Source of the DNA: an uncultured Christensenellaceae bacterium
GTDB lineage: Bacteria; Bacillota; Clostridia; Christensenellales; CAG-314
Length of the DNA stretch: 64,000 nt
Assembly: GCA_910586905.1 (NCBI GenBank)
Contig: CAJUIV010000001.1
Coordinates: 205,773-269,772 of the forward strand
Direction of reading: 5' to 3'
The position numbers were made by a program, and so were the translations under genes. The notes beneath the pieces were generated by a model, which saw only the letters and a list, made by a program, of their open reading frames with translations, was not told the DNA's origin and made no database searches. Every line of letters starts with the position of its first letter. The stretch's first letter is position 1. Shown piece by piece: positions 30,677 through 39,494 of this stretch.

Positions 30677-30796
30677 TATTTAGCATATTGTAGAATGGGC
30701 GTTTAGTTAATTTTTATCGGAAAAACGCAAACTGTCTGAGTTTTTGTCGAAAACGTTTCGTTTTAAATATAGGTTAGCCATAGGAAATAAATAATA

Positions 30797-33700
30797 ATGA
30801 AAAAAAGATTTTTAAGCGTATTTATTTTAATTGTTGCTTTGTTTGCCATGACTGGCGGTTATTGTCTGTCAGCGTTCGCTGCGGCTTTCATAAATGCCGA
30901 CGTTAATATAAACAATCAACAGCAAATTTCGTCTTCTTTTGATTTTGATAAAAATGAAATCATAAAAAATTTAAAGTCCGATTTAATTTCCAATATCAAT
31001 AAAGATTTAATCAAAAATATAAAAGATTATAAATTAAGCGGTCCCGTAAACGCCGTTATAACGTTTTCCGACGGGTCGTTGGTTTCTTATTATAATTCTC
31101 TGAAATCGAAGCAATCTCTTTCAGACTTTTTGGCGGGCGGAGAAAGCGGCAATATAGCCGACAAATTGACGAAACGGCAAAACGATTTCGCCGCAAAGCT
31201 AAAAGAAAAAGGTTTGATTTCTTCCGTTAAATTTAACTATACTACGATTTTAGACGGTATTTACGTAAGCACTACTTTTGAAAACTTACGGGAAATCTGC
31301 AACATAGAGGGCGTTGCGAGGGTTACGGTATCGAATACTTACAAACCTGCCGTAGCGGTTAACAACCCCGTTAACGTTTATGATACGGGAATATTCAACA
31401 GCAGCGACGTAGACTACACGGGTAAGGGTACTGTGGTTGCTATTCTCGATACGGGTTGCGATTATACTCACTCGGCGTTTACTACTCATCAAGTGGTAAA
31501 TCCTCTGTATACGCGCGAAGATATCGCGCGTCTGCTTCCCAATACTTTGGCTTACGGTTACGACAATACTTTGGAAGACAGAGAAGTCTACTACGGAAAT
31601 ATAACCAAAGATAAAATAGTGTACGGCTACGATTACGCCGACCGCGACCCTGACGTTATGCCGTTTTCCAGCGAACACGGTACTCACGTCGCCGGTATTA
31701 TTGGCGGCAGCGACAGTACTATAACCGGCGTTGCGGTAGATACGCAGCTTGCTATAATGAAAGTTTTTTCGGACTATAAAGACGGCGCGGACGACGGCGA
31801 TATACTCGCGGCGTTGGACGACAGCGTACGTTTGGGCGTAGATGCGATAAATTTGAGTTTGGGAACTTCCTGCGGTTTTACACGCGAAGTGGACGAGAAA
31901 TATAAAAATGAAATTTACAATAGCATACAAGATGCGGGCATATCTTTAATCGTCGCCGCTTCAAACGATTACAGCAGCGCTTACGGTTCGGAGTTCGGTA
32001 ATACCAACAAAGTGGAAAATCCCGATTCCGCAACTGTAGGAGCTCCCTCTACGTACGAAGCCGCTCTTTCTGTAGCGTCGATAAACGGCAACAAAGACAA
32101 GTATCTGCTCGCCAACGGCGAAAAAGAAATATTCTTCCTCGAAGCATTTAACCAAAACGCAAAGGAACTGGATTTCTTCGAAATGATGGGCATAAACGAT
32201 AATGTCGAAAGTTACGAGTACGTAACCGTACCCGGATACGGCTTAAACGCAAGTTACGTAGGACTAGACGTTAAAGGAAAAATCGCTCTTGTTAAACGCG
32301 GCGACATCTCATTCGAGGATAAAGTTATGTACGCGCAAAATGCAGGCGCCAAAGCGATAATAATTTACAATAACGTATTCGGCGATATCGTTATGACGGT
32401 AGGTAATCACGTGGAAATCCCCGTTATTTCTATCGGTAAGGACGACGGCGATTATCTCGCGTCTCACGAAACGGGTACGTTAGTCCTCGACAAAAACAAT
32501 CAAGCGGGACCGTTTATGAGCGACTTCTCCAGTTGGGGTCCCACTCCCGACTTGAAATTGAAACCGGAAATAACCGCTCACGGCGGAAATATTTTATCCG
32601 CGATTCCCGGCGGCGGATACGATAAACTCAGCGGAACCAGTATGGCGGCGCCTAATATGTGCGGGATAGCTATACTTGTCCGTCAGTACGTAAAATACAA
32701 CTTCCCCGAATTGACTAATGCGACCGAAGTAAGAGATTTGGTAAATCGGCTTTGTATGTCTACGGCGACAATCGCAATGGATAAAAACGGCAATCCGTAT
32801 TCTCCGCGAAAACAAGGCGCGGGCATTGCAGATATCGCAAAGGCTACGAGTACGAATGCGTTTTTATTCGTAGACGGAACGGATAAAACCAAAATGGAGC
32901 TCGGCGACGACCCGAAGCGCAGCGGCGTTTACGAAATGACGTTAAAACTCAAAAACCTGTCCGATTCTCCCGTGAGTTACAAAATAGGCAATTACGTTAT
33001 GACGGAATCGCTTTCCGCAGATAAAAAATACGTTGCAGAAAAGGCGTATATGTTAGACGCCGGCGCGGAGTACTCCGTTAAAAACGGTTCGCTTTCGGGC
33101 GGAGTAGTAACGGTTAACGGCAAGGAAACGGCGGAAATAACGGTTAAGATAACCTTGTCCGGTGCCGATAAAGCGTATTTAAACGCAAGTTTTGCAAACG
33201 GTATGTACGTTGAAGGTTTTGTAACTTTCGATAATACCGACGCAAACGGAGTAGATTTGAACGCGCCTTTCTTGGCGTTTTACGGAGATTGGAGCGACGC
33301 TCCCATTTTCGATAAGGATTTTTACCTCGTCGAAACCGAAGCTCATAACAACGCGATAGACGACGAAGACAAAATAAAAGCCGACTACTACGCGACTACC
33401 CCCCTCGGCAAGTATTTCTACGACTATATTATTCCGATGGGCAGTTACCTTTACGAAATGGACGGCGATTACGACCCCATTCCCGCAACTGCGGAACACG
33501 CGGCGTTATCGTACTACCCCGATACTATAAACGGTATTTATTCCGTATTTACCGGATTGCTGCGCGGAGCCAAAGAGCTTAAAATAGAAATAACGGATAC
33601 CGCAACGGGTAAAGTAGTGTGGGATAAAACGGAATATAACTGTTATAAAGCGCACTACAGCGGAATTATGTATCCGTATATTTGTTCTATGGAACTCGAT

Positions 33701-36700
33701 ATGGCTAACTACGAAACGGGCGAGGTGTTCGGCGATAACAACGCTAACTACAAAGTTACGATGTCCGCCAAGCTCGACTGGGACGAAGGCGACCGCAACG
33801 TAAACGATACTTATAACTTTTCTTTCTATATAGACTACGAAGCACCTACGGTTACCGACGCGTCTTTCCGTACTAAGTATAACAATACGACCAAAAAGAA
33901 CGAATATTACGTGGACGTTACGGTATACGATAATCACTACGCTATGTCGCTCCGTCCGATAATTCTTTACAGACAAACCAAAGACGACGGTACCACGTCG
34001 CTGACGTATTCGCCTTTAAAAGAAAACGCTATCCCCGTTTATCAGGAAGAACGCGGCAAAGCAAGCGTTGTTACGGTAGAAATCACCGACTTTTTCGATA
34101 ACATTAAAAAATCCGATTCTCCCGAAGGAATCATATTCTACGTGGACGATTACGCGATGAACAGTAATATTTGCTACGTGCCTTTCCCCGAAACGAATTC
34201 TTCCGATTTGGATTTCGATTCCGAACACAAAACGTTAAATTTGGATATCGGCGACACAGTTGATTTGACTCGGTTTATAGTAGGCGCGAACGGACGCGAA
34301 GTGGTAAAAGATTATCTTTCCATGCTGACTTGGCGTTCGGACGACGACAGCGTTTCCGTTAACGGAGGAAAAATCGAAGCGTTAAAACAAGGAAGCGCGC
34401 GGGTTTACTTTACTTGCAGCGGGATGTCTTACAAAGTAAAAAATCCGCAAACCGGCGAAACTGAAACTAAGTACAACGAAAAATACGTAGACGTTAACGT
34501 AAGCGCCAACGTTTCGACTGACGACGACTCGTCGAAGGACAACGCGCTTTTGGAAAGCATAGCGTTTTCTCAGTACGATACGCTGTTTGCGTTTAACGGA
34601 GATATCGACCCTTCCGAAATCGGCAGCACGGGATCTACTCACTATTTCGACGGCGCGGGTAGTTTATCCTTTTATCCTTCCGAAAAAGTTAAACTGCATT
34701 ATTTGCTCAAACCTTGGAATATCGACCCCTCTCGTTATACTTTGAGTTGGATTTCGAGCAATCCCACTGTAGCTACCGTAGATTCTGACGGAGTGGTTAC
34801 CGGAATAGCGGAAGGCAGCAGTGTAATTTCCCTGCGTATAACCGTAGACGGCAGACCGTCCTCGATGTACGCTCGATGCGCGATAAAAATCAAAAGCGAA
34901 TTTATAATCGAAAACCGCGAATTGGTTGCTTACAAAGGTAACGGCGGACACGTAGTTATTCCCGACGATAAGGGTATTTTGTATATAGGTGGTTTTGCTT
35001 TCTGCCACTACAATTTGGATAACTCAAAAGACGTAGGCGACGGAAAATACGATATAGACCTTAAAAAAGAACCTATCGGCAACAATAACGTAGTAACGGT
35101 AGAAATTCCCGAAGGCGTGGAAGAAATACGTAAATTCGCATTTTATAACAGCAAACTGTTGGAAAGAGTAATACTTCCCTCGACGTTAAAGACTATCGAA
35201 GAACGCGCGTTTTACGACTGTAAAATTTTAACCAATATAAATTTAGATAACGTTAAAATAATTTCGGACTACACGTTCTACAACAATAAACTGTTGAATT
35301 GTAACGATTTGGGCGGAATCAATCTCGAAGGTGTAAACGTCATAGGCAGACACGCGTTCGACGGCTGCGAAAGTTTAACCAATATCAATCTTGCTGATTT
35401 ACGCCGCAGCGGTATGGCTGCTTTTGCGAACTGCACGCGTTTGACCGACGTGGTTCTGGGTAGATACGCGCGTATTTCAGACAGTATGTTTGAAAATTCC
35501 GCTATATCCAGCAGCACGAGCAAACCTCTTGAAATTTACAGCGACGTTATTCCCGACAAAGCGTTTTATCATTGCGAAAGGCTGCAAGCCGTAACGTTAC
35601 GCAGCGACGTAACGTATCTCGGCAACGAAGCTTTCCGCGGCTGTATCAATTTAACGCGCGTGTTATTCGAAGGCGATTGCGAACAGTTCGGTTCTTACGC
35701 ATTTGCCGATTGTACGGGACTGAAAAATATGACTCTGCCTTCGTGCCGTATAGTTTTCGGCGACGGAGTATACGCCAATTCGGGGCTTAACAGACTGATT
35801 TTCCGCTCGAATACCGTAATAACCGAAACCGGAGTGGGAGTATTTTTCGGACTTACGAATTTAACTTTCGCACAAGGACAGTCCAACCTCGATTACAGTA
35901 ACGGCATACTTTACGGCGACGCCGAACATACGAGTATCGTATTCGTATCTCCGTCGGCGGTTTTGGGCGATTTCGTTCTTCCCGACAGCGTAAAGACCAT
36001 AGCCGACAGCGCGTTCTCGGGCAATTCGACTTTAACGTCTTTTACCGTAACCGCAAATTCACAGCTTAAAAAAATCGGATACGGTGCGTTTTCGTATTGT
36101 GCTAATCTCGTAAAAGTTACTTTACCCGTAGGAAACGATATCGTTATCGACAGTTGCGCGTTTATAAACAGCGCGAAACTGGCGGAAATCAACTTGGAAG
36201 GCGTTAAAGCCGTTGGCGAGTACGCGTTTTATAAAACGGCGCTGCGCAATACTTTGACTAATCCTATTTCTCTGACTTGCGACGGCGTAATCATCGGAGC
36301 TTACGCGTTTGCGGAACTCTCGACTTTACAAGGCGTGCGTATAGGCGATAACGCGATAATCTGCGAATTCGCGTTTGCCGGTTCGGCGTTACGCAGTGTG
36401 GTCATGGGCAGTAACGGCGGTATTACGATAGGTGAATCCGCATTCGAAAAGTGTACCAAACTTGTAGATATCGATTTGAGTAAAGCTACGGGAAAACTGG
36501 GCGACTATGCGTTTTATCAATGTTCATCTCTTGTATCCGTAAGTCTTGATAATATAACGGAACTCGGCGAAGGCTGTTTCCAAGCTTGCTCCAAACTGAC
36601 TGCGGCTCGCAATACGAATAACGTAGTAACAGTAGGTCAAGGCGCTTTTATGGCGGACGGTATCATAGTGGAAGGCGTTTTGCAAATTTTGGCGCCGGTT

Positions 36701-38398
36701 CCGCTTGCCGGATTCGATTTCGACAGCGTAACGGAAATCGGCGATTTCGCATTCTTCTCTACAAACCTTACTTCCGTAAACCTTTCCAACGTAACGGCTT
36801 TGGGCGGTTCGGCGTTTGCGGATTGCGAACAGCTTGAAACCGTAACGTTCGGCGAAAAGCTTACGGTACTAAACGATTCGGCGTTCTTCGGATGTAAAAA
36901 TCTGCAAATCGGCGAAAACGATTTGAAAAACTTTGTTAAAATAGGTTCGGCCGTATTCTATCAGGCTAAGCTTCCTAAAACGTTGAATTTAGACAACGTT
37001 GAGGAACTGGGCGAACAAGCCTTTATCGAAGATACCAAAACTTGCAATAATCTCGAAAACGTAATCGCCCCCAAATTGACGTTTATCGGCAACCAAGCTT
37101 TCGGCGATTGTACAAAACTCAAAAGCATACAGGCTCCCAACTTAAAAACGGTAGAGTTCGGCGCGTTTTACAATACTGCTTTAACCGAATTGGAATTGAG
37201 CGACAAGTTCGAATCGGCAGGTTACGGTATGCTGGAAGGAGCCAAAAATTTCCGACGTTTTTACGTAACCGTAAACGATTCCAAACAAACCGAGTATAAG
37301 AGCGATAAATTTGTTTTGGACGGCGGCGTTTTGTATCTGATGATGGACAACGGATACTACGTGCTTTCCGCATATCCCGCGGCCAAAGAGAACACGGAGT
37401 ATACGGTATTAGAGAATACTGCAAGGATAGAATACCGCGCCGTATACGGAAACAAATATATTTCTACCGTAACTCTTCCCATTACGCTTAGATATATCGG
37501 AAACTACGCGTTTGCGGCTTGCGATAATTTATCTACGGTTATCTTCAAGTCTTACTACGCGCCCGTTCTCGAAGGAACGTTAAACAGCGATTTGGAAATT
37601 ACGCCGGATAATAAGGACGATTTCGCTAAATTCGACGTGCTGTACAAGTACGATTATTACTTTACCGCCGCGGGAGAAATTTCCATTTATTATCGAAACG
37701 CGTTTGTGTACTCTAACTTTATCGACGTTATAGGAAGCACCAAAGCTTCGAATATAACGTACGTAATCCCTTCGAACAACGAAGGATACGACAGCTTGCC
37801 GTATAAAGCGTTCTTCAACAAGTCCGAGACGAATTCCGGCGAAACGATGGGTAAATACGCTGTAGCGTTTGTCGACGCCGTTAATGCGTTATCGGATAAT
37901 ATAACGAGATTCGACAAAGAACTTATCGGCGAAGCGATAACGGCTTACAATTTCTTGATGGCTAATAGCGGCGAATTAAAATACGTAGAGCAGAGTTTGC
38001 TTAACAAATTTGCCGTTGCAAGACAAAATTATAACGTCGATTGCGTCAGATATTCAATAGACAAACTGTATGCAATGGACGCTACGGAATATTCTTATAA
38101 CGCTTTGCGTAACGCAACCCGCGCTTACGAAGAACTGACGGCGGAAGAAAAAGCTTTGGTAAGCAATTCTCAAATTCTATCCCAAAAGCTCGCGGAACTT
38201 AAAGCCGCAATGAACGTAAGCGACATAGACTTCGGCAAAGATTTCGGCGAATATCAAATAACTCCCGACCACGAAAGTAATCCCAATTTGGCTTTGATTA
38301 TTTCGCTGTCGTGCGTTGGCGGGGCTTTGGTTATTGCCGGCGCCGTCGTAACGACTATTTTGGTTCTTAGAAAAAAGAGGAACAACAATGAAAAATAA
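30797..38398 (+). CDS. giant cell-envelope S8 serine peptidase with I9 propeptide, PA insert, Ig-like domains, BspA-type LRR array and C-terminal TM anchor
   Basis: 2533 aa with a signal peptide. The subtilase triad is Asp218 (AILDTG, 31448-31450), His294 (EHGTHVAG, 31676-31678) and Ser615 (GTSMAAP, 32639-32641). A PA-like insert lies between Asn390 and Ser615. Big_2-like segments include NPTVATVDSDGVVTGIAEGSS. The C-terminal helix is LALIISLSCVGGALVIAGAVVTTILVL followed by RKKRNNNEK. Confidence 0.9.
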   Translation: MKKRFLSVFILIVALFAMTGGYCLSAFAAAFINADVNINNQQQISSSFDFDKNEIIKNLKSDLISNINKDLIKNIKDYKLSGPVNAVITFSDGSLVSYYNSLKSKQSLSDFLAGGESGNIADKLTKRQNDFAAKLKEKGLISSVKFNYTTILDGIYVSTTFENLREICNIEGVARVTVSNTYKPAVAVNNPVNVYDTGIFNSSDVDYTGKGTVVAILDTGCDYTHSAFTTHQVVNPLYTREDIARLLPNTLAYGYDNTLEDREVYYGNITKDKIVYGYDYADRDPDVMPFSSEHGTHVAGIIGGSDSTITGVAVDTQLAIMKVFSDYKDGADDGDILAALDDSVRLGVDAINLSLGTSCGFTREVDEKYKNEIYNSIQDAGISLIVAASNDYSSAYGSEFGNTNKVENPDSATVGAPSTYEAALSVASINGNKDKYLLANGEKEIFFLEAFNQNAKELDFFEMMGINDNVESYEYVTVPGYGLNASYVGLDVKGKIALVKRGDISFEDKVMYAQNAGAKAIIIYNNVFGDIVMTVGNHVEIPVISIGKDDGDYLASHETGTLVLDKNNQAGPFMSDFSSWGPTPDLKLKPEITAHGGNILSAIPGGGYDKLSGTSMAAPNMCGIAILVRQYVKYNFPELTNATEVRDLVNRLCMSTATIAMDKNGNPYSPRKQGAGIADIAKATSTNAFLFVDGTDKTKMELGDDPKRSGVYEMTLKLKNLSDSPVSYKIGNYVMTESLSADKKYVAEKAYMLDAGAEYSVKNGSLSGGVVTVNGKETAEITVKITLSGADKAYLNASFANGMYVEGFVTFDNTDANGVDLNAPFLAFYGDWSDAPIFDKDFYLVETEAHNNAIDDEDKIKADYYATTPLGKYFYDYIIPMGSYLYEMDGDYDPIPATAEHAALSYYPDTINGIYSVFTGLLRGAKELKIEITDTATGKVVWDKTEYNCYKAHYSGIMYPYICSMELDMANYETGEVFGDNNANYKVTMSAKLDWDEGDRNVNDTYNFSFYIDYEAPTVTDASFRTKYNNTTKKNEYYVDVTVYDNHYAMSLRPIILYRQTKDDGTTSLTYSPLKENAIPVYQEERGKASVVTVEITDFFDNIKKSDSPEGIIFYVDDYAMNSNICYVPFPETNSSDLDFDSEHKTLNLDIGDTVDLTRFIVGANGREVVKDYLSMLTWRSDDDSVSVNGGKIEALKQGSARVYFTCSGMSYKVKNPQTGETETKYNEKYVDVNVSANVSTDDDSSKDNALLESIAFSQYDTLFAFNGDIDPSEIGSTGSTHYFDGAGSLSFYPSEKVKLHYLLKPWNIDPSRYTLSWISSNPTVATVDSDGVVTGIAEGSSVISLRITVDGRPSSMYARCAIKIKSEFIIENRELVAYKGNGGHVVIPDDKGILYIGGFAFCHYNLDNSKDVGDGKYDIDLKKEPIGNNNVVTVEIPEGVEEIRKFAFYNSKLLERVILPSTLKTIEERAFYDCKILTNINLDNVKIISDYTFYNNKLLNCNDLGGINLEGVNVIGRHAFDGCESLTNINLADLRRSGMAAFANCTRLTDVVLGRYARISDSMFENSAISSSTSKPLEIYSDVIPDKAFYHCERLQAVTLRSDVTYLGNEAFRGCINLTRVLFEGDCEQFGSYAFADCTGLKNMTLPSCRIVFGDGVYANSGLNRLIFRSNTVITETGVGVFFGLTNLTFAQGQSNLDYSNGILYGDAEHTSIVFVSPSAVLGDFVLPDSVKTIADSAFSGNSTLTSFTVTANSQLKKIGYGAFSYCANLVKVTLPVGNDIVIDSCAFINSAKLAEINLEGVKAVGEYAFYKTALRNTLTNPISLTCDGVIIGAYAFAELSTLQGVRIGDNAIICEFAFAGSALRSVVMGSNGGITIGESAFEKCTKLVDIDLSKATGKLGDYAFYQCSSLVSVSLDNITELGEGCFQACSKLTAARNTNNVVTVGQGAFMADGIIVEGVLQILAPVPLAGFDFDSVTEIGDFAFFSTNLTSVNLSNVTALGGSAFADCEQLETVTFGEKLTVLNDSAFFGCKNLQIGENDLKNFVKIGSAVFYQAKLPKTLNLDNVEELGEQAFIEDTKTCNNLENVIAPKLTFIGNQAFGDCTKLKSIQAPNLKTVEFGAFYNTALTELELSDKFESAGYGMLEGAKNFRRFYVTVNDSKQTEYKSDKFVLDGGVLYLMMDNGYYVLSAYPAAKENTEYTVLENTARIEYRAVYGNKYISTVTLPITLRYIGNYAFAACDNLSTVIFKSYYAPVLEGTLNSDLEITPDNKDDFAKFDVLYKYDYYFTAAGEISIYYRNAFVYSNFIDVIGSTKASNITYVIPSNNEGYDSLPYKAFFNKSETNSGETMGKYAVAFVDAVNALSDNITRFDKELIGEAITAYNFLMANSGELKYVEQSLLNKFAVARQNYNVDCVRYSIDKLYAMDATEYSYNALRNATRAYEELTAEEKALVSNSQILSQKLAELKAAMNVSDIDFGKDFGEYQITPDHESNPNLALIISLSCVGGALVIAGAVVTTILVLRKKRNNNEK
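34910..37580 (+). repeat. BspA-type leucine-rich repeat array (LRR_5-like) inside the S8 protein
   Basis: There are dozens of ~23-25-aa units of the form xIPxxVxxIGxxAFxxCxxLxxVxL, for example IPEGVEEIRKFAFYNSKLLERVILPSTLKTIEERAFYDCKILTNINL. Confidence 0.8.
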
Positions 38399-39476
38399 AT
38401 TATTGCTCATTCTGGCGATAACGTTTGTCGCTGCGGCTGCGCTTTTGGCGTTTACCGCCTGCAACACAAACGAACAATCGCTCGACGGTTTGTATATCGT
38501 AACGTTCGAGTTTAACGGCGGTATACTCGATACTGGAGCTACTAACGTTGAAGGGAGCATTTTTCACGCTTACGAACCCAATCAGTACGCCATCGATATA
38601 AACGCCAAATTTCAGTTTAGGCGTACCGGTTACAAATTCGACGGTTGGTTTAAGGATGAAAATCTGACGGAAGAGTGGAACTTCGAGACCGACAGAGTTA
38701 CGCAGAATTTAACGTTATATGCAAAGTGGAGTTCGGAAATCGTTTATAGTTATACGCTGTATTTGGTTGACGGAACCGAAACCACTAAACTGGGCAGTTA
38801 CAACGTGGAAGCGAACGCCAAGTTAGACGATAACCGCGGATACGGTACGTCTTTGAGTATTTACGACAAAACGTTTTTGGGATATTATTCCGACAAAGAA
38901 TTGACGAAGGAGTGGAACGGCGATTTTACTCATCCCGGAGGAAAAACGAGTTTGGATATTCCCGTGTACGTAAAAGCTATGGACGGTGTGTGGAGTTTCG
39001 TATCTAACTACGACGAACTCAAAAAAGCGTTAGGCTCGAATATCTGGCTTACGGATAACGTCGATTGCGGAGGATCGGAATTGTTTTTCGGCGATTCGCA
39101 AAGAATTTTCGGCGGCAAGATTAACGGAAACGGATTCGTAATAAGCAATTTCGTAATTCAAAAAAACGGCTCGCTAAGAAATCCGGAATACACTTTATTC
39201 GGAAACTTGAGTTCGACGGCTAAAATCGAAAACGTCGGATTTACCGAAGTTCAAATAAAAATCGACGCTTCTAACGTTCCGGGACTTGTTATAAAAACGG
39301 CTGCGCTTGCCGTTTCGGCGGAGGAAGGCTGCGTTATAAACAAAGTATCAGTCAGCGGCACGTACGAAAATAATAGCGCTATAGACGTTTCGTCGGTTAT
39401 AAATAATGCGTTTTATCAAAATTCGACCGTTCAGCCCAATGAATTTACGGCGAATTTCGTTGCAAAAGTAAGTTAG
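38388..39476 (+). CDS. InlB B-repeat (Listeria-Bacteroides repeat) lipoprotein
   Basis: 362 aa with the lipobox LAFTAC. The B-repeat is FEFNGG...GYKFDGWFKDENLTEEWNFETDRVTQNLTLYAKW. The C-terminal FGGKINGNGFVISNF-type segment is common in beta-helical adhesin passengers. The start overlaps the S8 stop by 11 nt. Confidence 0.8.
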   Translation: MKNKLLLILAITFVAAAALLAFTACNTNEQSLDGLYIVTFEFNGGILDTGATNVEGSIFHAYEPNQYAIDINAKFQFRRTGYKFDGWFKDENLTEEWNFETDRVTQNLTLYAKWSSEIVYSYTLYLVDGTETTKLGSYNVEANAKLDDNRGYGTSLSIYDKTFLGYYSDKELTKEWNGDFTHPGGKTSLDIPVYVKAMDGVWSFVSNYDELKKALGSNIWLTDNVDCGGSELFFGDSQRIFGGKINGNGFVISNFVIQKNGSLRNPEYTLFGNLSSTAKIENVGFTEVQIKIDASNVPGLVIKTAALAVSAEEGCVINKVSVSGTYENNSAIDVSSVINNAFYQNSTVQPNEFTANFVAKVS

Positions 39477-39494
39477 CTATAAGGAGAAAATAAA

